In this document: piece by piece, positions 1-8,287 of the stretch
How positions within the stretch are numbered: position 1 is the first letter of the stretch
Layout of the letters: the number at the start of each line of letters is the position of its first letter
Virus record (IMG/VR): IMGVR_UViG_3300029822_000052
Location: 1 to 30,616 of that record
Source of the DNA: a virus
Lineage: Duplodnaviria; Caudoviricetes
Direction: 5' to 3' (one strand)
Length of the DNA stretch: 30,616 nucleotides
Notes under the pieces: model-generated
Told to the model about the DNA's origin: nothing
Seen by the model: only the letters and a program-made list of their open reading frames with translations
Databases searched by the model: none
Program-made: the position numbers and the translations under genes

Positions 1-551
1 TCTGTTCCCAGGCCCATAGCAGCCCTAAGCGACGCTTCGTTTGCATCACCTTCTAATGAGCCGCCAGTGCCGCCCCCGATTACAAGTTTGGGGTCTTTGT
101 CGTCTTCAGATTCAAACAAGAACCCTTTTTCCTCTTTGATTTTTGAAAGCTGTTCGTCCAGGCCGAGGATACCGTCATCGGTTAGCTTCAATGCATCACG
201 ATCAAGCAGCCCAGCCACAATTGTGGTGTCTTTGGCTTTTGTTCCCGCCAGTTTGCTTTCAAGTGCGTGGTTGAACTTAAGCTCTGTAAGCTGCTTCTGC
301 GCGTCTTGTTCTGCCTGTTCCGCTTTCTGCTTCCACTCGTCCGCAGCGGCTTTGATACCGTCGACATCAAGCTCCTTGAAGCCCTCAATCTGTGTGTTGG
401 CTTCGTCGAGTTGGGTTTTCAACCCGTCGCGTTCCGTTTCCAGCGTTGACACTTTAGACTTGAAGCCCTCGATGTCCTTGCCGTTTTCAGCCATGATTTT
501 GTCGATAGCCTCGTCTGTCAGTTCCAGTTCCTTCAAAAATTCGCGTTTCAT
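1..551 (-). CDS. Phage scaffolding protein (minor structural protein GP20 family), truncated by the window edge
   Basis: Not in the ORF track; translated by hand from ATG at 551 (GGAGG RBS at 556-560): MKREFLKELELTDEAIDKIMAENGKDIE...LGLDEQLSKIKEEKGFLFE, typical of GP20 scaffolds; follows the minor capsid gene. Confidence 0.88.
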   Translation of the reverse strand, partial: MKREFLKELELTDEAIDKIMAENGKDIEGFKSKVSTLETERDGLKTQLDEANTQIEGFKELDVDGIKAAADEWKQKAEQAEQDAQKQLTELKFNHALESKLAGTKAKDTTIVAGLLDRDALKLTDDGILGLDEQLSKIKEEKGFLFESEDDKDPKLVIGGGTGGSLEGDANEASLRAAMGLGT

Positions 552-630
552 AATTCCTCCATTCGGTATGCTTTTATACGAGGTCGCTTCTCATGCCTAT
601 CCGCAATCGTACGCCTGCGGACAGCTAATT
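552..630 (-). promoter_or_regulatory. Structured 5' leader of the scaffold gene (possible GP20-type cis-regulatory RNA motif)
   Basis: Minus-strand hairpins TGTCCGCAG-N8-TTGCGGATA and ATGAG-N7-CTCGT with G-U pairs, directly upstream of the RBS. Confidence 0.4.
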
Positions 631-639
631 TTATGTATC

Positions 640-670
640 AAAAAAGGCATTTCCCGTAAGAAACGCCTTT
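640..670 (-). terminator. Intrinsic terminator-like hairpin after the minor capsid gene
   Basis: AAAGGCGTTTC-TTACGG-GAAATGCC-TTTTTT on the minus strand. Confidence 0.65.
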
Positions 671-705
671 GTGATCTGTGTTTTATTATATTTTACGCCA
701 GCAAT

Positions 706-1872
706 TTACGCTTTCTCATTTCTACGCTTACTAGAGTAATCATTAGACTTTTCTGCTGTTAATACCCTCCCGCTCATCCTTCTGCCATAACCAGATACCT
801 GTGTCAAGTCACTGCGTGGCGTTAATCCAGCTTTGCCGCAGAAGTCTTTGTACATGTCTCGCTGTCGCCTTAAACGGATGCTGGACGCTGTAAAATCGTC
901 CTTAAGCCCACCCTCGTCAAACTCTATAAACTCGCGCTTTGTTTTGCGGATACTGCGTTCCATCCTACGCTGCATCTGCGTGGCTTCATAGCCTGTATAG
1001 CGTTTGCCCTCGTATGTAATGCCCTCAGCGTTCTTTCGCCGCATTTCGGCAAGCTCTGCGTCGCTGTAGGCAGGCTCGCTCACACCTAGAATAATTGGGA
1101 ATGCAACGTGCCGGCAGTTTAGCGTACCGATAGGCCGCGCAAGGTTGTTGTTTAATTCCTCGTACTCCTCGCGGCTATACTGTTTCCCTTGATACGGCTC
1201 ATGATCAGGCGCACAGTATAAATGCGCCGATAACTCCCAGCCGTCCGTTCCCATTCTGTCAGCGTCTTCACGCCACATCTGCTGTATGGTATCTCTAGCG
1301 CCCTGCATTATGCTTTGACGCGCTGCTGCTTCTATGCTTACCCGTCTGCCGCTTTCATATCCAACCGTGGTTAAGCCTTGACTGGTGAACGGCTTTAAGG
1401 CGTTTCTGATTGCTGTGTTGTAGTCTACGGCCCCGGATAATATCTGCATTTGCGCGGTAGACAACGTCTGTCTGTATGCGTCCGTCCACATGCTAAACTG
1501 CCCGTTGTTCATCACATACCCGGCAGTGTTTGTTAGGTTGCGCAGATCGCCAATAGCGGTTTTAGCCGCCGCTTGTCCTACCTGCTGCGCCCATGTGTTG
1601 CCAGGCATTACAGCATTGCCCATAGCTTCCGAGAATATCCGCTCAACTTCATGCTCTGTGGTATCAAGCGCCGCCGCTATCATGGTGTTTATATCGTCTA
1701 CGCCAACGCCCATTGCTTCAAGAACAATCCGCTGTATCTCTGCTGTACTGGTTGCCTTGCCCATCTTCTTGATACGCCGGGCGATATCGGATATTATAAA
1801 ATTTTCTACCCCGTAGAATATATCTATAATCGGCTGTGGAAGCCCGTATAAATAATCAGGCGTAATCCTCAT
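706..1872 (-). CDS. Phage minor capsid protein (min_cap2 family)
   Basis: 388 aa; ELSAH..CAPDHEPYQGK, GTLNCRH and YEATQMQRRMERSIRKTKR motifs; downstream of portal. Confidence 0.88.
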   Translation of the reverse strand: MRITPDYLYGLPQPIIDIFYGVENFIISDIARRIKKMGKATSTAEIQRIVLEAMGVGVDDINTMIAAALDTTEHEVERIFSEAMGNAVMPGNTWAQQVGQAAAKTAIGDLRNLTNTAGYVMNNGQFSMWTDAYRQTLSTAQMQILSGAVDYNTAIRNALKPFTSQGLTTVGYESGRRVSIEAAARQSIMQGARDTIQQMWREDADRMGTDGWELSAHLYCAPDHEPYQGKQYSREEYEELNNNLARPIGTLNCRHVAFPIILGVSEPAYSDAELAEMRRKNAEGITYEGKRYTGYEATQMQRRMERSIRKTKREFIEFDEGGLKDDFTASSIRLRRQRDMYKDFCGKAGLTPRSDLTQVSGYGRRMSGRVLTAEKSNDYSSKRRNEKA

Positions 1873-1876
1873 CTGC

Positions 1877-3259
1877 CTACTCCACTAATTCTTCCGCACC
1901 TGCCAGCTGCTCTTGTGCTTGCTCTAAGGTTTCGCCAAGATACCACGCTCTAAGCTCGCCTTTTTGCATTTCACCCATTTGCATGAGCAACATCCGCTGG
2001 TTAAATTCTTTTTCGCGGTCCGTAATCAGGCTATCATCCCACTCAAAGCTGATTTCGTACTCACCCTTCGGCGCAAGGTTGCCTATTGTCGCCCACACGT
2101 CCATAGCATACACAAGCTGCCTAAGCGCCGCTTCAAGCGATTTTTGGTTATCGGCAACGTTTGCATATGATCTTTGCTTGCTGGCTTTGATTTCTTCCGC
2201 TGTTTTATCCACGTTCTGCGGATCGGATATTGTACCGTAGGCAAGGCCGCTGTTGAATTCTACACGCTGTAATATCTTATTAAGTCCATTTATAATTGAC
2301 TGGTCGCGCAGCTCGGGAGAAAATACCTGTATTGGGTTCTTTCCATCGCCTACACCTATTTGATGCGCCCTAAATAACCGCTCCTTCCCTTTTGGAAGCT
2401 TGATGTTCTTTGTTCCAGGCTCCTTAAACAACGTATCATCGGCATCAACGGCCAATTCGCCGCCCTCAAACTCCCACAGCATACGGCTGTACTGCTTGTC
2501 GGATTCTTCTATTTGATTTACTGCCCTCGAATAAACCGATACGCCCAATGGAGAATTGGAATCTATTGCATTAGCCTGTGCCACCTTGAAATATGCAAAT
2601 AATGGTTTCTCTACGTTCTGAATCAACGCTTCCGACTCAATGTTCGCCCATTCTTCAACGCTTTCAAGCGATACCTCACGCCCAATCATGCCTTCGTTTT
2701 CCGATTCATAGGCTTTGTTGGTTATCTGGTAGCCCGCATCCGTCATTTCGGCATGCTCAAAACGGGTATAGTATTTCTTGCCCTTTGTTATCCGCTCAAC
2801 AAATACCGCGCCTGTTATATTCCCTGCACTGTCAAACTTCGTTGGGAAGAATCTATCAGCGTGAACAGCGTCAACAGCTATCGTATTACCGTCCACATAC
2901 GGCTTGAACGCAATACCGCCTTTAGCACAACCGTATTCACAATACGTCCGCAGATTATCCAGAATGACTTGATACTGCCCTTGCAGGTAGTCTGCCCTGG
3001 GCGATCCTGTAATCTCTGATTTCATTTCGATTGTGACAAGCCGTGCCACTTCCGAAGCAATAGCACTGCCGAGATTCATCGACTGCACTGTTTCAGACAA
3101 CCACGGCGCTTTGTCTTCGTAGATGCTAGACCATAAGGATATAGCATTCGACATCTTATCGCTCACGGCCACATCGATATGCAGTTTCTCTTTTACATTG
3201 CTTTTGCTAATCAATTTTTGTAGCACCTGCCTTACCCAATCTATAAATTTTCTGAACAT
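1877..3259 (-). CDS. Portal protein (A118/SPP1-like)
   Basis: GGIAFKPY, SPLGVSVYSRA, KTAEEIKASKQRSY, FEWDDS motifs; probable start MFRKF at 3259 with GGAG RBS. Confidence 0.92.
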   Translation of the reverse strand: MFRKFIDWVRQVLQKLISKSNVKEKLHIDVAVSDKMSNAISLWSSIYEDKAPWLSETVQSMNLGSAIASEVARLVTIEMKSEITGSPRADYLQGQYQVILDNLRTYCEYGCAKGGIAFKPYVDGNTIAVDAVHADRFFPTKFDSAGNITGAVFVERITKGKKYYTRFEHAEMTDAGYQITNKAYESENEGMIGREVSLESVEEWANIESEALIQNVEKPLFAYFKVAQANAIDSNSPLGVSVYSRAVNQIEESDKQYSRMLWEFEGGELAVDADDTLFKEPGTKNIKLPKGKERLFRAHQIGVGDGKNPIQVFSPELRDQSIINGLNKILQRVEFNSGLAYGTISDPQNVDKTAEEIKASKQRSYANVADNQKSLEAALRQLVYAMDVWATIGNLAPKGEYEISFEWDDSLITDREKEFNQRMLLMQMGEMQKGELRAWYLGETLEQAQEQLAGAEELVE

Positions 3260-3261
3260 GG

Positions 3262-4518
3262 TTATTCTCCACCTATTCGCCACATTGGGAACATGCCATA
3301 TGATACGGCATCAATCATGTGATTGTTCTTATCTGGATAACCGCTTATAATATTGCCGTCCTTATCGCGTTCATATTCATAATTCAAGAATTCGCTTGCG
3401 GCATTTGGGCACCGCCCGGAATCTATCACTATTTCCGTCAAAGACTGCATCCATTTCATTCGGTAGTTTACACTTCCGGGCTTCTTCTCTACTGGCACAC
3501 AGTACAGCCCATAACTTTTATAGTCGTTGATAGACTTCGGCTCTGCGCTATCAGCAATAATCATATCGCCGCCCGTAATGCCTTTTTCCTCAACCAGATA
3601 ATCTGCCGTTTCCTTGTTTGACTGCTTGTTTATCACATATTCATCAAAGACATACAGTTTACGTTGCGCTGCGTTGAAGTACATTTTCCCCCAGGCAAAC
3701 GGATCAGGCATCCATCCCCAGTCAATCCCGTAGTACAGCCTGTCAAAGTTTGTAATCTCGTCGTCCGTAATATCACGAATCGTCACATTATCGAATACAT
3801 TGCCGCCAGTGCCGTTTGCAACGCCCAAATACTCGTGTTCATACGCCGCATAGTTAAGCTGCTTCAAGTATTCTGCGTCATCAAGAAACCGCTGCCCCAG
3901 CCATTCAGGCGGCGTTGTTTGATACGTGCTTGTGTGAATAAGTTGTCCCGGTTTTTCCACAAGGCAGTATTTGTTTGCCCAGTTGTCTTTCGTGCGCGGA
4001 GGGTTAAAGGTTTTAATCTCTATTGCTATATCACCACCGCGAAGCACAGATTGTTCAATGTTTCTGACTTCTTCTTCCCCGGCGAACTGGTCCAGCTCTT
4101 CTAAGTGCAGATATCCAATATACCCAAACGGCACCTTTATTGATTTAATCTTTCCTGGGTCGTCAGCGCCAAAGAACATTATCTTCTGTCCGGTTGGTAG
4201 ATATGTTATCTCCATCGGTTGTGTAGTACATTTGAATTTGTCGTACAGTCCCAGTACCGTAATTGCCCATACATACTGTGCATACGCTGTTGTCCGCAAC
4301 GTGTTTGACACCTTACGCATCACTACGCCGTGTATCTCCGGATGGTCCACCAATGTAAGGATGCCCTCAATTGAAGCATAAGACGATTTTGCGCTTCCTC
4401 TTCCGCCTCTTAAAACAAGCTGGTCGATGTTTCCTTCTGTGATGTCAATGTGCGGATTGTAAAACGCGGGGGATATTAATTCCGCAACATCACAAGTTGT
4501 TTCGTTTGATACTGTCAC
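3262..4518 (-). CDS. terL: Terminase large subunit (PBSX family)
   Basis: Walker A GGRGSAKS, Walker B HLEE, TFNPP, nuclease GIDWG..PDP, ADSAEPKSI, NHMIDAVSY. Confidence 0.95.
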   Translation of the reverse strand: MTVSNETTCDVAELISPAFYNPHIDITEGNIDQLVLRGGRGSAKSSYASIEGILTLVDHPEIHGVVMRKVSNTLRTTAYAQYVWAITVLGLYDKFKCTTQPMEITYLPTGQKIMFFGADDPGKIKSIKVPFGYIGYLHLEELDQFAGEEEVRNIEQSVLRGGDIAIEIKTFNPPRTKDNWANKYCLVEKPGQLIHTSTYQTTPPEWLGQRFLDDAEYLKQLNYAAYEHEYLGVANGTGGNVFDNVTIRDITDDEITNFDRLYYGIDWGWMPDPFAWGKMYFNAAQRKLYVFDEYVINKQSNKETADYLVEEKGITGGDMIIADSAEPKSINDYKSYGLYCVPVEKKPGSVNYRMKWMQSLTEIVIDSGRCPNAASEFLNYEYERDKDGNIISGYPDKNNHMIDAVSYGMFPMWRIGGE

Positions 4519-4861
4519 GGATTATTACCACCTCTCCTGAATTTCTACTATCTGGCTTGTCACTCCAACCATGTGCTGGTTGTTTGAGACTGAATATAGC
4601 CATTGTCTTGTCTATCTTCCCTGTAAGCGCTCCCTGTTCTAATTTGACTTCCTTCCAGTCCAATAATTTTTTTATAGACTGGGATAATATTTCATTATTG
4701 CGCTGCAATTCCATCACATAGTCATAGTTCCATTCATTCAAAAGGCAACATTCCTTAAGCACAGGTATAGGCCCTTGATGAGCAACAATGTACTCTTCTA
4801 TTTTGGAAACCATATATTCTGTTTTGTATTTGTCTTTTGGCGGTCGCCCTCGCTTTGCCAC
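4490..4861 (-). CDS. terS: Terminase small subunit
   Basis: N-terminal GRPPK, C-terminal AIFSLKQ..GWSDK; directly upstream of terL. Confidence 0.8.
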   Translation of the reverse strand: MAKRGRPPKDKYKTEYMVSKIEEYIVAHQGPIPVLKECCLLNEWNYDYVMELQRNNEILSQSIKKLLDWKEVKLEQGALTGKIDKTMAIFSLKQPAHGWSDKPDSRNSGEVVIIRDSIKRNNL

Positions 4862-5154
4862 GCTATCACGTCCTCTTCCTCAATCAGCATATCTATATAT
4901 TCTCTGGCCTTCTTTAAGTCTTCGGTGCCGTTCTTGTCTTTCCATCTCCACAGATACTTGATTGCATTCCCTATAGCGTATGCTTCAAACCCTGACAGGT
5001 TATCCACCGCCGCCTTAATCATGTCTTTGCATTCCACGCCGCATCGTATGTAATGCTTTGGTTTGTGTACGTTGTCGTATGCTTCCGTGGTTGGTTTAGT
5101 TCCGATAGCGGTAATGCTTCTGTGCTTGTCATATTCTTTATCCCATTCATTCAT
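4798..5154 (-). CDS. DUF3310 (SaV / T7 gp1.7-like) protein
   Basis: DNVHKPKHY..GVEC, GNAIKYLWRWKDKNGTEDLKKAREY signature. Confidence 0.85.
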   Translation of the reverse strand: MNEWDKEYDKHRSITAIGTKPTTEAYDNVHKPKHYIRCGVECKDMIKAAVDNLSGFEAYAIGNAIKYLWRWKDKNGTEDLKKAREYIDMLIEEEDVIAWQSEGDRQKTNTKQNIWFPK

Positions 5155-5933
5155 AGATAAAACCCCATTGTTTTAATGTCTTTATCCCTGCCTACTCCGT
5201 TAAGGATGAGCTTGTACATTTTTGGTGCTGATGCTCTTAGCGCCATCTCTACAGGGTAATCTTGATACTGCATCATTGCCCCTGTTACTATTGTTTCCAC
5301 CGGCTTTACAAAAGCCTTTTTGTTTTTGGTGTCAACGTATATTTTCCCCTTTGGCATATCCATTGGATTATGAGTATGCCCGCTTATGTAAAAGTCTATT
5401 CCGTCTATTGTGTCGGCGTAATGGTACCGCATTGTCTTGTTGGTTTTGTGCATAGCACAACCGAAATAATGAAACGGTTTGTTTTCGCCCCTACGTTTGC
5501 CAATGGCTATATCCATAATCGCCATGTTCTGTCTATACCTGTCTTCTATATCCAGCTTGCATGCCACATCGTATATTGGGAATGTGTCCACATCCTTACT
5601 ACTGCGAGTTTCATGATTGCCAGGCATTATCGCAATGATCTTCTCCCGGTGATCATATAGCTCGCTTACCAGATACATTTTTTGCTCATGTGGCGACATT
5701 GTTTGTCCATACACGTTAGATTTACTGGCTTTAAGCGCATTGTCTATTAAATCCCCCGCGTAGATAACAAAGGCATTATCCGCTTTCATCAGCTCTTTGA
5801 ACTTCTCCCATAGCTTACTGTCGAAAGCTGGAGAACCTATATGCAAGTCAGCTACACAATAAATATCTGCGTTTTCTATTCCTGCTGGTATTTCATACTG
5901 TACCAGCGTGAAGTCGTTCCTTATGTCAAACAT
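5151..5933 (-). CDS. Calcineurin-like metallophosphoesterase
   Basis: All metal-binding motifs: ADLH, GDLID, GNHE, H, GHTH. Confidence 0.9.
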   Translation of the reverse strand: MFDIRNDFTLVQYEIPAGIENADIYCVADLHIGSPAFDSKLWEKFKELMKADNAFVIYAGDLIDNALKASKSNVYGQTMSPHEQKMYLVSELYDHREKIIAIMPGNHETRSSKDVDTFPIYDVACKLDIEDRYRQNMAIMDIAIGKRRGENKPFHYFGCAMHKTNKTMRYHYADTIDGIDFYISGHTHNPMDMPKGKIYVDTKNKKAFVKPVETIVTGAMMQYQDYPVEMALRASAPKMYKLILNGVGRDKDIKTMGFYL

Positions 5934-6027
5934 ATATCGCCTTTCATAAAACGCTACGGCCTACCCTCCCCGGCCATTCCAGTTACGGCAAAAATTTGCG
6001 TTTTTTCATTCCACCCTAATCAAATGG

Positions 6028-6531
6028 TTATCCAACCATCCAACGATATCCAAGTCCTGTTTTACGAATTCCCCTATCTATGCGGCATAGCGTGCTCATG
6101 TCAATTCCAGATTCTCTCACCGCCGCTGCCATACTATTGAAAACACGTATTATGTTTCCATCCATGTCCATTTGCGTAACAATTCTATCTTTTATCCGTA
6201 TCCCGTTATTGTGCGCATGCAATCGGTTTTCCTCTCCCGTAACCCACTCTAAATTAGATGCGCTGTTATTTTCTTTATTCAGGTCTTTGTGGTTAATCTG
6301 TGGTTTATTGTCTGGGTTTGGGATAAATGCTTTTGCCACAAGTTTGTGGATACTCACTGTTTTGCGTACTCCGTTATTATGGAGTCCAATCTTTAAATAC
6401 TTGTCTTTACAATAGCTGGCCCTTCGCACAAGCCCTGTCGTGACGTTCTTCACTCTTCCAAAATTACTTACTGCATAAAGCCCTTCATATCCCTCAATAG
6501 TTTTCCAAATTTCATTTTTCATAACTAACAC
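6028..6531 (-). CDS. NUMOD4-HNH homing endonuclease with C-terminal NUMOD1-like domain
   Basis: EIWKTIEGYEGLYAVSNFGRVK; HKLVAKAFIPNPDNKPQINHKDLNKENN..NLEW. Confidence 0.9.
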   Translation of the reverse strand: MLVMKNEIWKTIEGYEGLYAVSNFGRVKNVTTGLVRRASYCKDKYLKIGLHNNGVRKTVSIHKLVAKAFIPNPDNKPQINHKDLNKENNSASNLEWVTGEENRLHAHNNGIRIKDRIVTQMDMDGNIIRVFNSMAAAVRESGIDMSTLCRIDRGIRKTGLGYRWMVG

Positions 6532-6582
6532 TCCCCCTGCCTATTGCTTAGCGCGCTTTTGTATACCCTCATGTCCAAATAG

Positions 6583-6609
6583 AAAAACCGCCCCAAAAGA
6601 GACGGCTTT
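6583..6609 (-). terminator. Terminator-like hairpin just downstream of the putative late promoter
   Basis: GCCGTCTC-TTTT-GGGGCGG-TTTTT on the minus strand. Confidence 0.6.
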
Positions 6610-6634
6610 GTCTGTATAATTTTCCTATGGTAGC

Positions 6635-6666
6635 ATCGTATCATATAAAAACGCCGTTTTCCGTCG
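6635..6666 (-). promoter_or_regulatory. Putative late promoter (extended -10, no consensus -35)
   Basis: TG-A-TACGAT at 6635-6643, immediately after the stop codon of the late regulator gene. Confidence 0.45.
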
Positions 6667-7107
6667 TTATACCGACTGTATTTTTTCCAACGCGCTATTT
6701 TTTATATCTCTAAGCCAGCTGTCGCTATAATCCATATCCCTAGCAATCTGCTTTGGCGTGCGCCCCTCGAAGTACCGCAGTTCGGTATATCTTCGCTCCG
6801 CTTCCGTCAACCCCGCCGCGTCTACAATCCGCCGTACATCCCTCATGATATAGTCCGCATCTAGCCATTCTTCGCGCAGGATATCGCATTGAGCGCCGTA
6901 TACGTCCACCATGCGTATTACAGCATCAACCACCGAATCCGATGTCTGCCCACTTTGAACCTTAACGTCGTTTAACCTGGGCGACCGCAATACCCACTCC
7001 GCTACAGCGTCATGCTTCGCCATGATTTCCTGCATTCTATTTTCGATTTCAGCTATCCTGCGTTTGCAATCCTGATACTGATACAGTTTCCGCTCTATAT
7101 CTTGCAT
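6667..7107 (-). CDS. Late transcriptional regulator (RinA/ArpU-like, sigma region 4-type HTH)
   Basis: C-terminal LTEAERRYTELRYFEG..KQIARDMDYSDSWLRDIKNSAL; last early gene before the packaging module; start MQDIE at 7107 with AGGGGG RBS. Confidence 0.8.
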   Translation of the reverse strand: MQDIERKLYQYQDCKRRIAEIENRMQEIMAKHDAVAEWVLRSPRLNDVKVQSGQTSDSVVDAVIRMVDVYGAQCDILREEWLDADYIMRDVRRIVDAAGLTEAERRYTELRYFEGRTPKQIARDMDYSDSWLRDIKNSALEKIQSV

Positions 7108-7129
7108 ATTACGCCCCCTGTGGTATAAT
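7102..7129 (+). promoter_or_regulatory. Antisense sigma-70-type promoter overlapping the start of the late regulator
   Basis: TTGCAT-16 nt-TATAAT with TG extension. Confidence 0.65.
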
Positions 7130-7135
7130 GTATTT

Positions 7136-7181
7136 ATCCAGAACACATCATATAGGGCTGCGAGAGCGGCTCTTTTTGTTT
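7136..7181 (+). ncRNA. Putative ~45 nt small RNA ending in an intrinsic terminator
   Basis: Between the promoter at 7102-7129 and the hairpin AGGGCTGC-GAGA-GCGGCTCT plus T-tract (7154-7181); no ORF. Confidence 0.45.
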
Positions 7182-7209
7182 ACTTGCGCTTCTGTGTTAT
7201 ACTATTCCC

Positions 7210-7434
7210 ATGAAAACCCGCATACATGTCGAATCAGAATTACTATACGGCAACATCGTAATTACGTCCTATACCTCACCCGGCGGCAGCGTTCATTCCG
7301 TTGACCGTTCCTTTTACGGCGGCACCGCTATGGTTGACGGTGAACGCGTGCGCAGGTTTGAGCTAACCACTGGCGCAACCAGACATTTCCTTTACCTGGA
7401 CGATGCTGGCAGGTGGTTTGTGTTAAGGCCGTAA
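7210..7434 (+). CDS. 74 aa hypothetical protein, opposite to its neighbours, probably leaderless
   Basis: TTGTTT-16-TG.TATACT (7176-7203) ends 6 nt before the ATG; no SD; fills the intergenic gap exactly. Confidence 0.7.
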   Translation: MKTRIHVESELLYGNIVITSYTSPGGSVHSVDRSFYGGTAMVDGERVRRFELTTGATRHFLYLDDAGRWFVLRP

Positions 7435-7439
7435 TCCCC

Positions 7440-7721
7440 TCACGCCTCGCTTCCCACAGGTTCATAAGTCTCTGTAAATATGTCAGGTTTGCACGGGTAG
7501 AATTCGCCGTGGACCCCCTTGATGACGTAATCACCTACAGTGCCTATCATAGTCCCTTCCAGTGTTTGGATTTGGAGATACGCACCCGTTGGATTGTCCT
7601 CCGTAGGTTCTAATACAGGTGAACATATCACCGCCTTATTGCTCCACTCCTCGATTTCGGCGCGGTTATTGCCTGTCCACTGCACCGCCTCAATCACTAC
7701 CGGTTTTTTTCTGTACTTCAT
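7440..7721 (-). CDS. Conserved phage protein of unknown function
   Basis: KYRKKPVVIEAVQW...TLEG...GDYVIKGVHGEFYPCKPDIF, a widespread phage family signature. Confidence 0.85.
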   Translation of the reverse strand: MKYRKKPVVIEAVQWTGNNRAEIEEWSNKAVICSPVLEPTEDNPTGAYLQIQTLEGTMIGTVGDYVIKGVHGEFYPCKPDIFTETYEPVGSEA

Positions 7722-7912
7722 TTCCCTTCCTCGCTTTCCACATAACGCTCAACAACTCTCGTTTTTGTCGTTGGCGGATATTCTGCCGCATATTCTTCAA
7801 GCGCCGCTTTATCATCAGACAAGGCCACTTCTATCCATCGGCGAACTGTAAACAGCATTGAGGATAGCCCTTTCACGGCCTTTGGCATTTCAACTTCAAG
7901 TGCGTATCTCAT
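7718..7912 (-). CDS. Hypothetical protein
   Basis: Probable start MRYALEVE at 7912; ATGA overlaps at both ends. Confidence 0.6.
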   Translation of the reverse strand: MRYALEVEMPKAVKGLSSMLFTVRRWIEVALSDDKAALEEYAAEYPPTTKTRVVERYVESEEGK

Positions 7913-7965
7913 TCCCCTTCTCCGTCCCCGCGCCATTCCCGCAGTTCTATTTGCTTATCTGACAT
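7909..7965 (-). pseudogene. 18-codon gene stub
   Basis: AAGGAG RBS, MSDKQIELREWRGDGEGE*, stop coupled to the next ATG. Confidence 0.4.
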
Positions 7966-8004
7966 CGTTTTTCTCCTTCCATTTGGTCACCGTCTAAGTC
8001 GGCG

Positions 8005-8112
8005 CTATATCAGACCTGCTCGCATTAGCAATGCAATTATTCCAGAACTCGAACCTATCAACCCCGATACTATAGCAATTATTGACAACTGCTTATCTGT
8101 CAGCTTCTTCAC
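8005..8112 (-). CDS. 35 aa single-TM peptide
   Basis: GTG start preceded by AAGGAG/GGAGG; MKKLTDKQLSIIAIVSGLIGSSSGIIALLMRAGLI. Confidence 0.5.
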   Translation of the reverse strand: MKKLTDKQLSIIAIVSGLIGSSSGIIALLMRAGLI

Positions 8113-8176
8113 CCTCCCCACTCCTTTCACACTTTCGCCCCTGCCCGCTCCCGTCAAACAAGCTGCCTAACTTCAC
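8093..8176 (-). pseudogene. 5' stub of a DNA cytosine-5 methyltransferase
   Basis: GGAGG RBS then MKLGSLFDGSG (motif I FxGxG), followed by unrelated sequence and a stop after 27 aa. Confidence 0.6.
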
Positions 8177-8287
8177 TCTGCTAGTTCCTCCAAATCCAGA
8201 ATGCTTTGAACGGATTGTTTGTTCCCCACTCAAACCCGTAGTCGCAAGTTCCGTTTTTCATAAATTGCAATGTGTATTTATATCCCC

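Noticed and set aside
67-762. 231 aa plus-strand ORF, and other long plus-strand ORFs (8882-9523, 10945-11574, 14197-15198)
   Set aside because: Antisense shadows of recognisable minus-strand genes; Ser-rich, no RBS
4798-4861. 64 nt overlap of DUF3310 with terS as a recoding signal
   Set aside because: terS has its own start and upstream GAGGA; simple C-terminal run-on explains it
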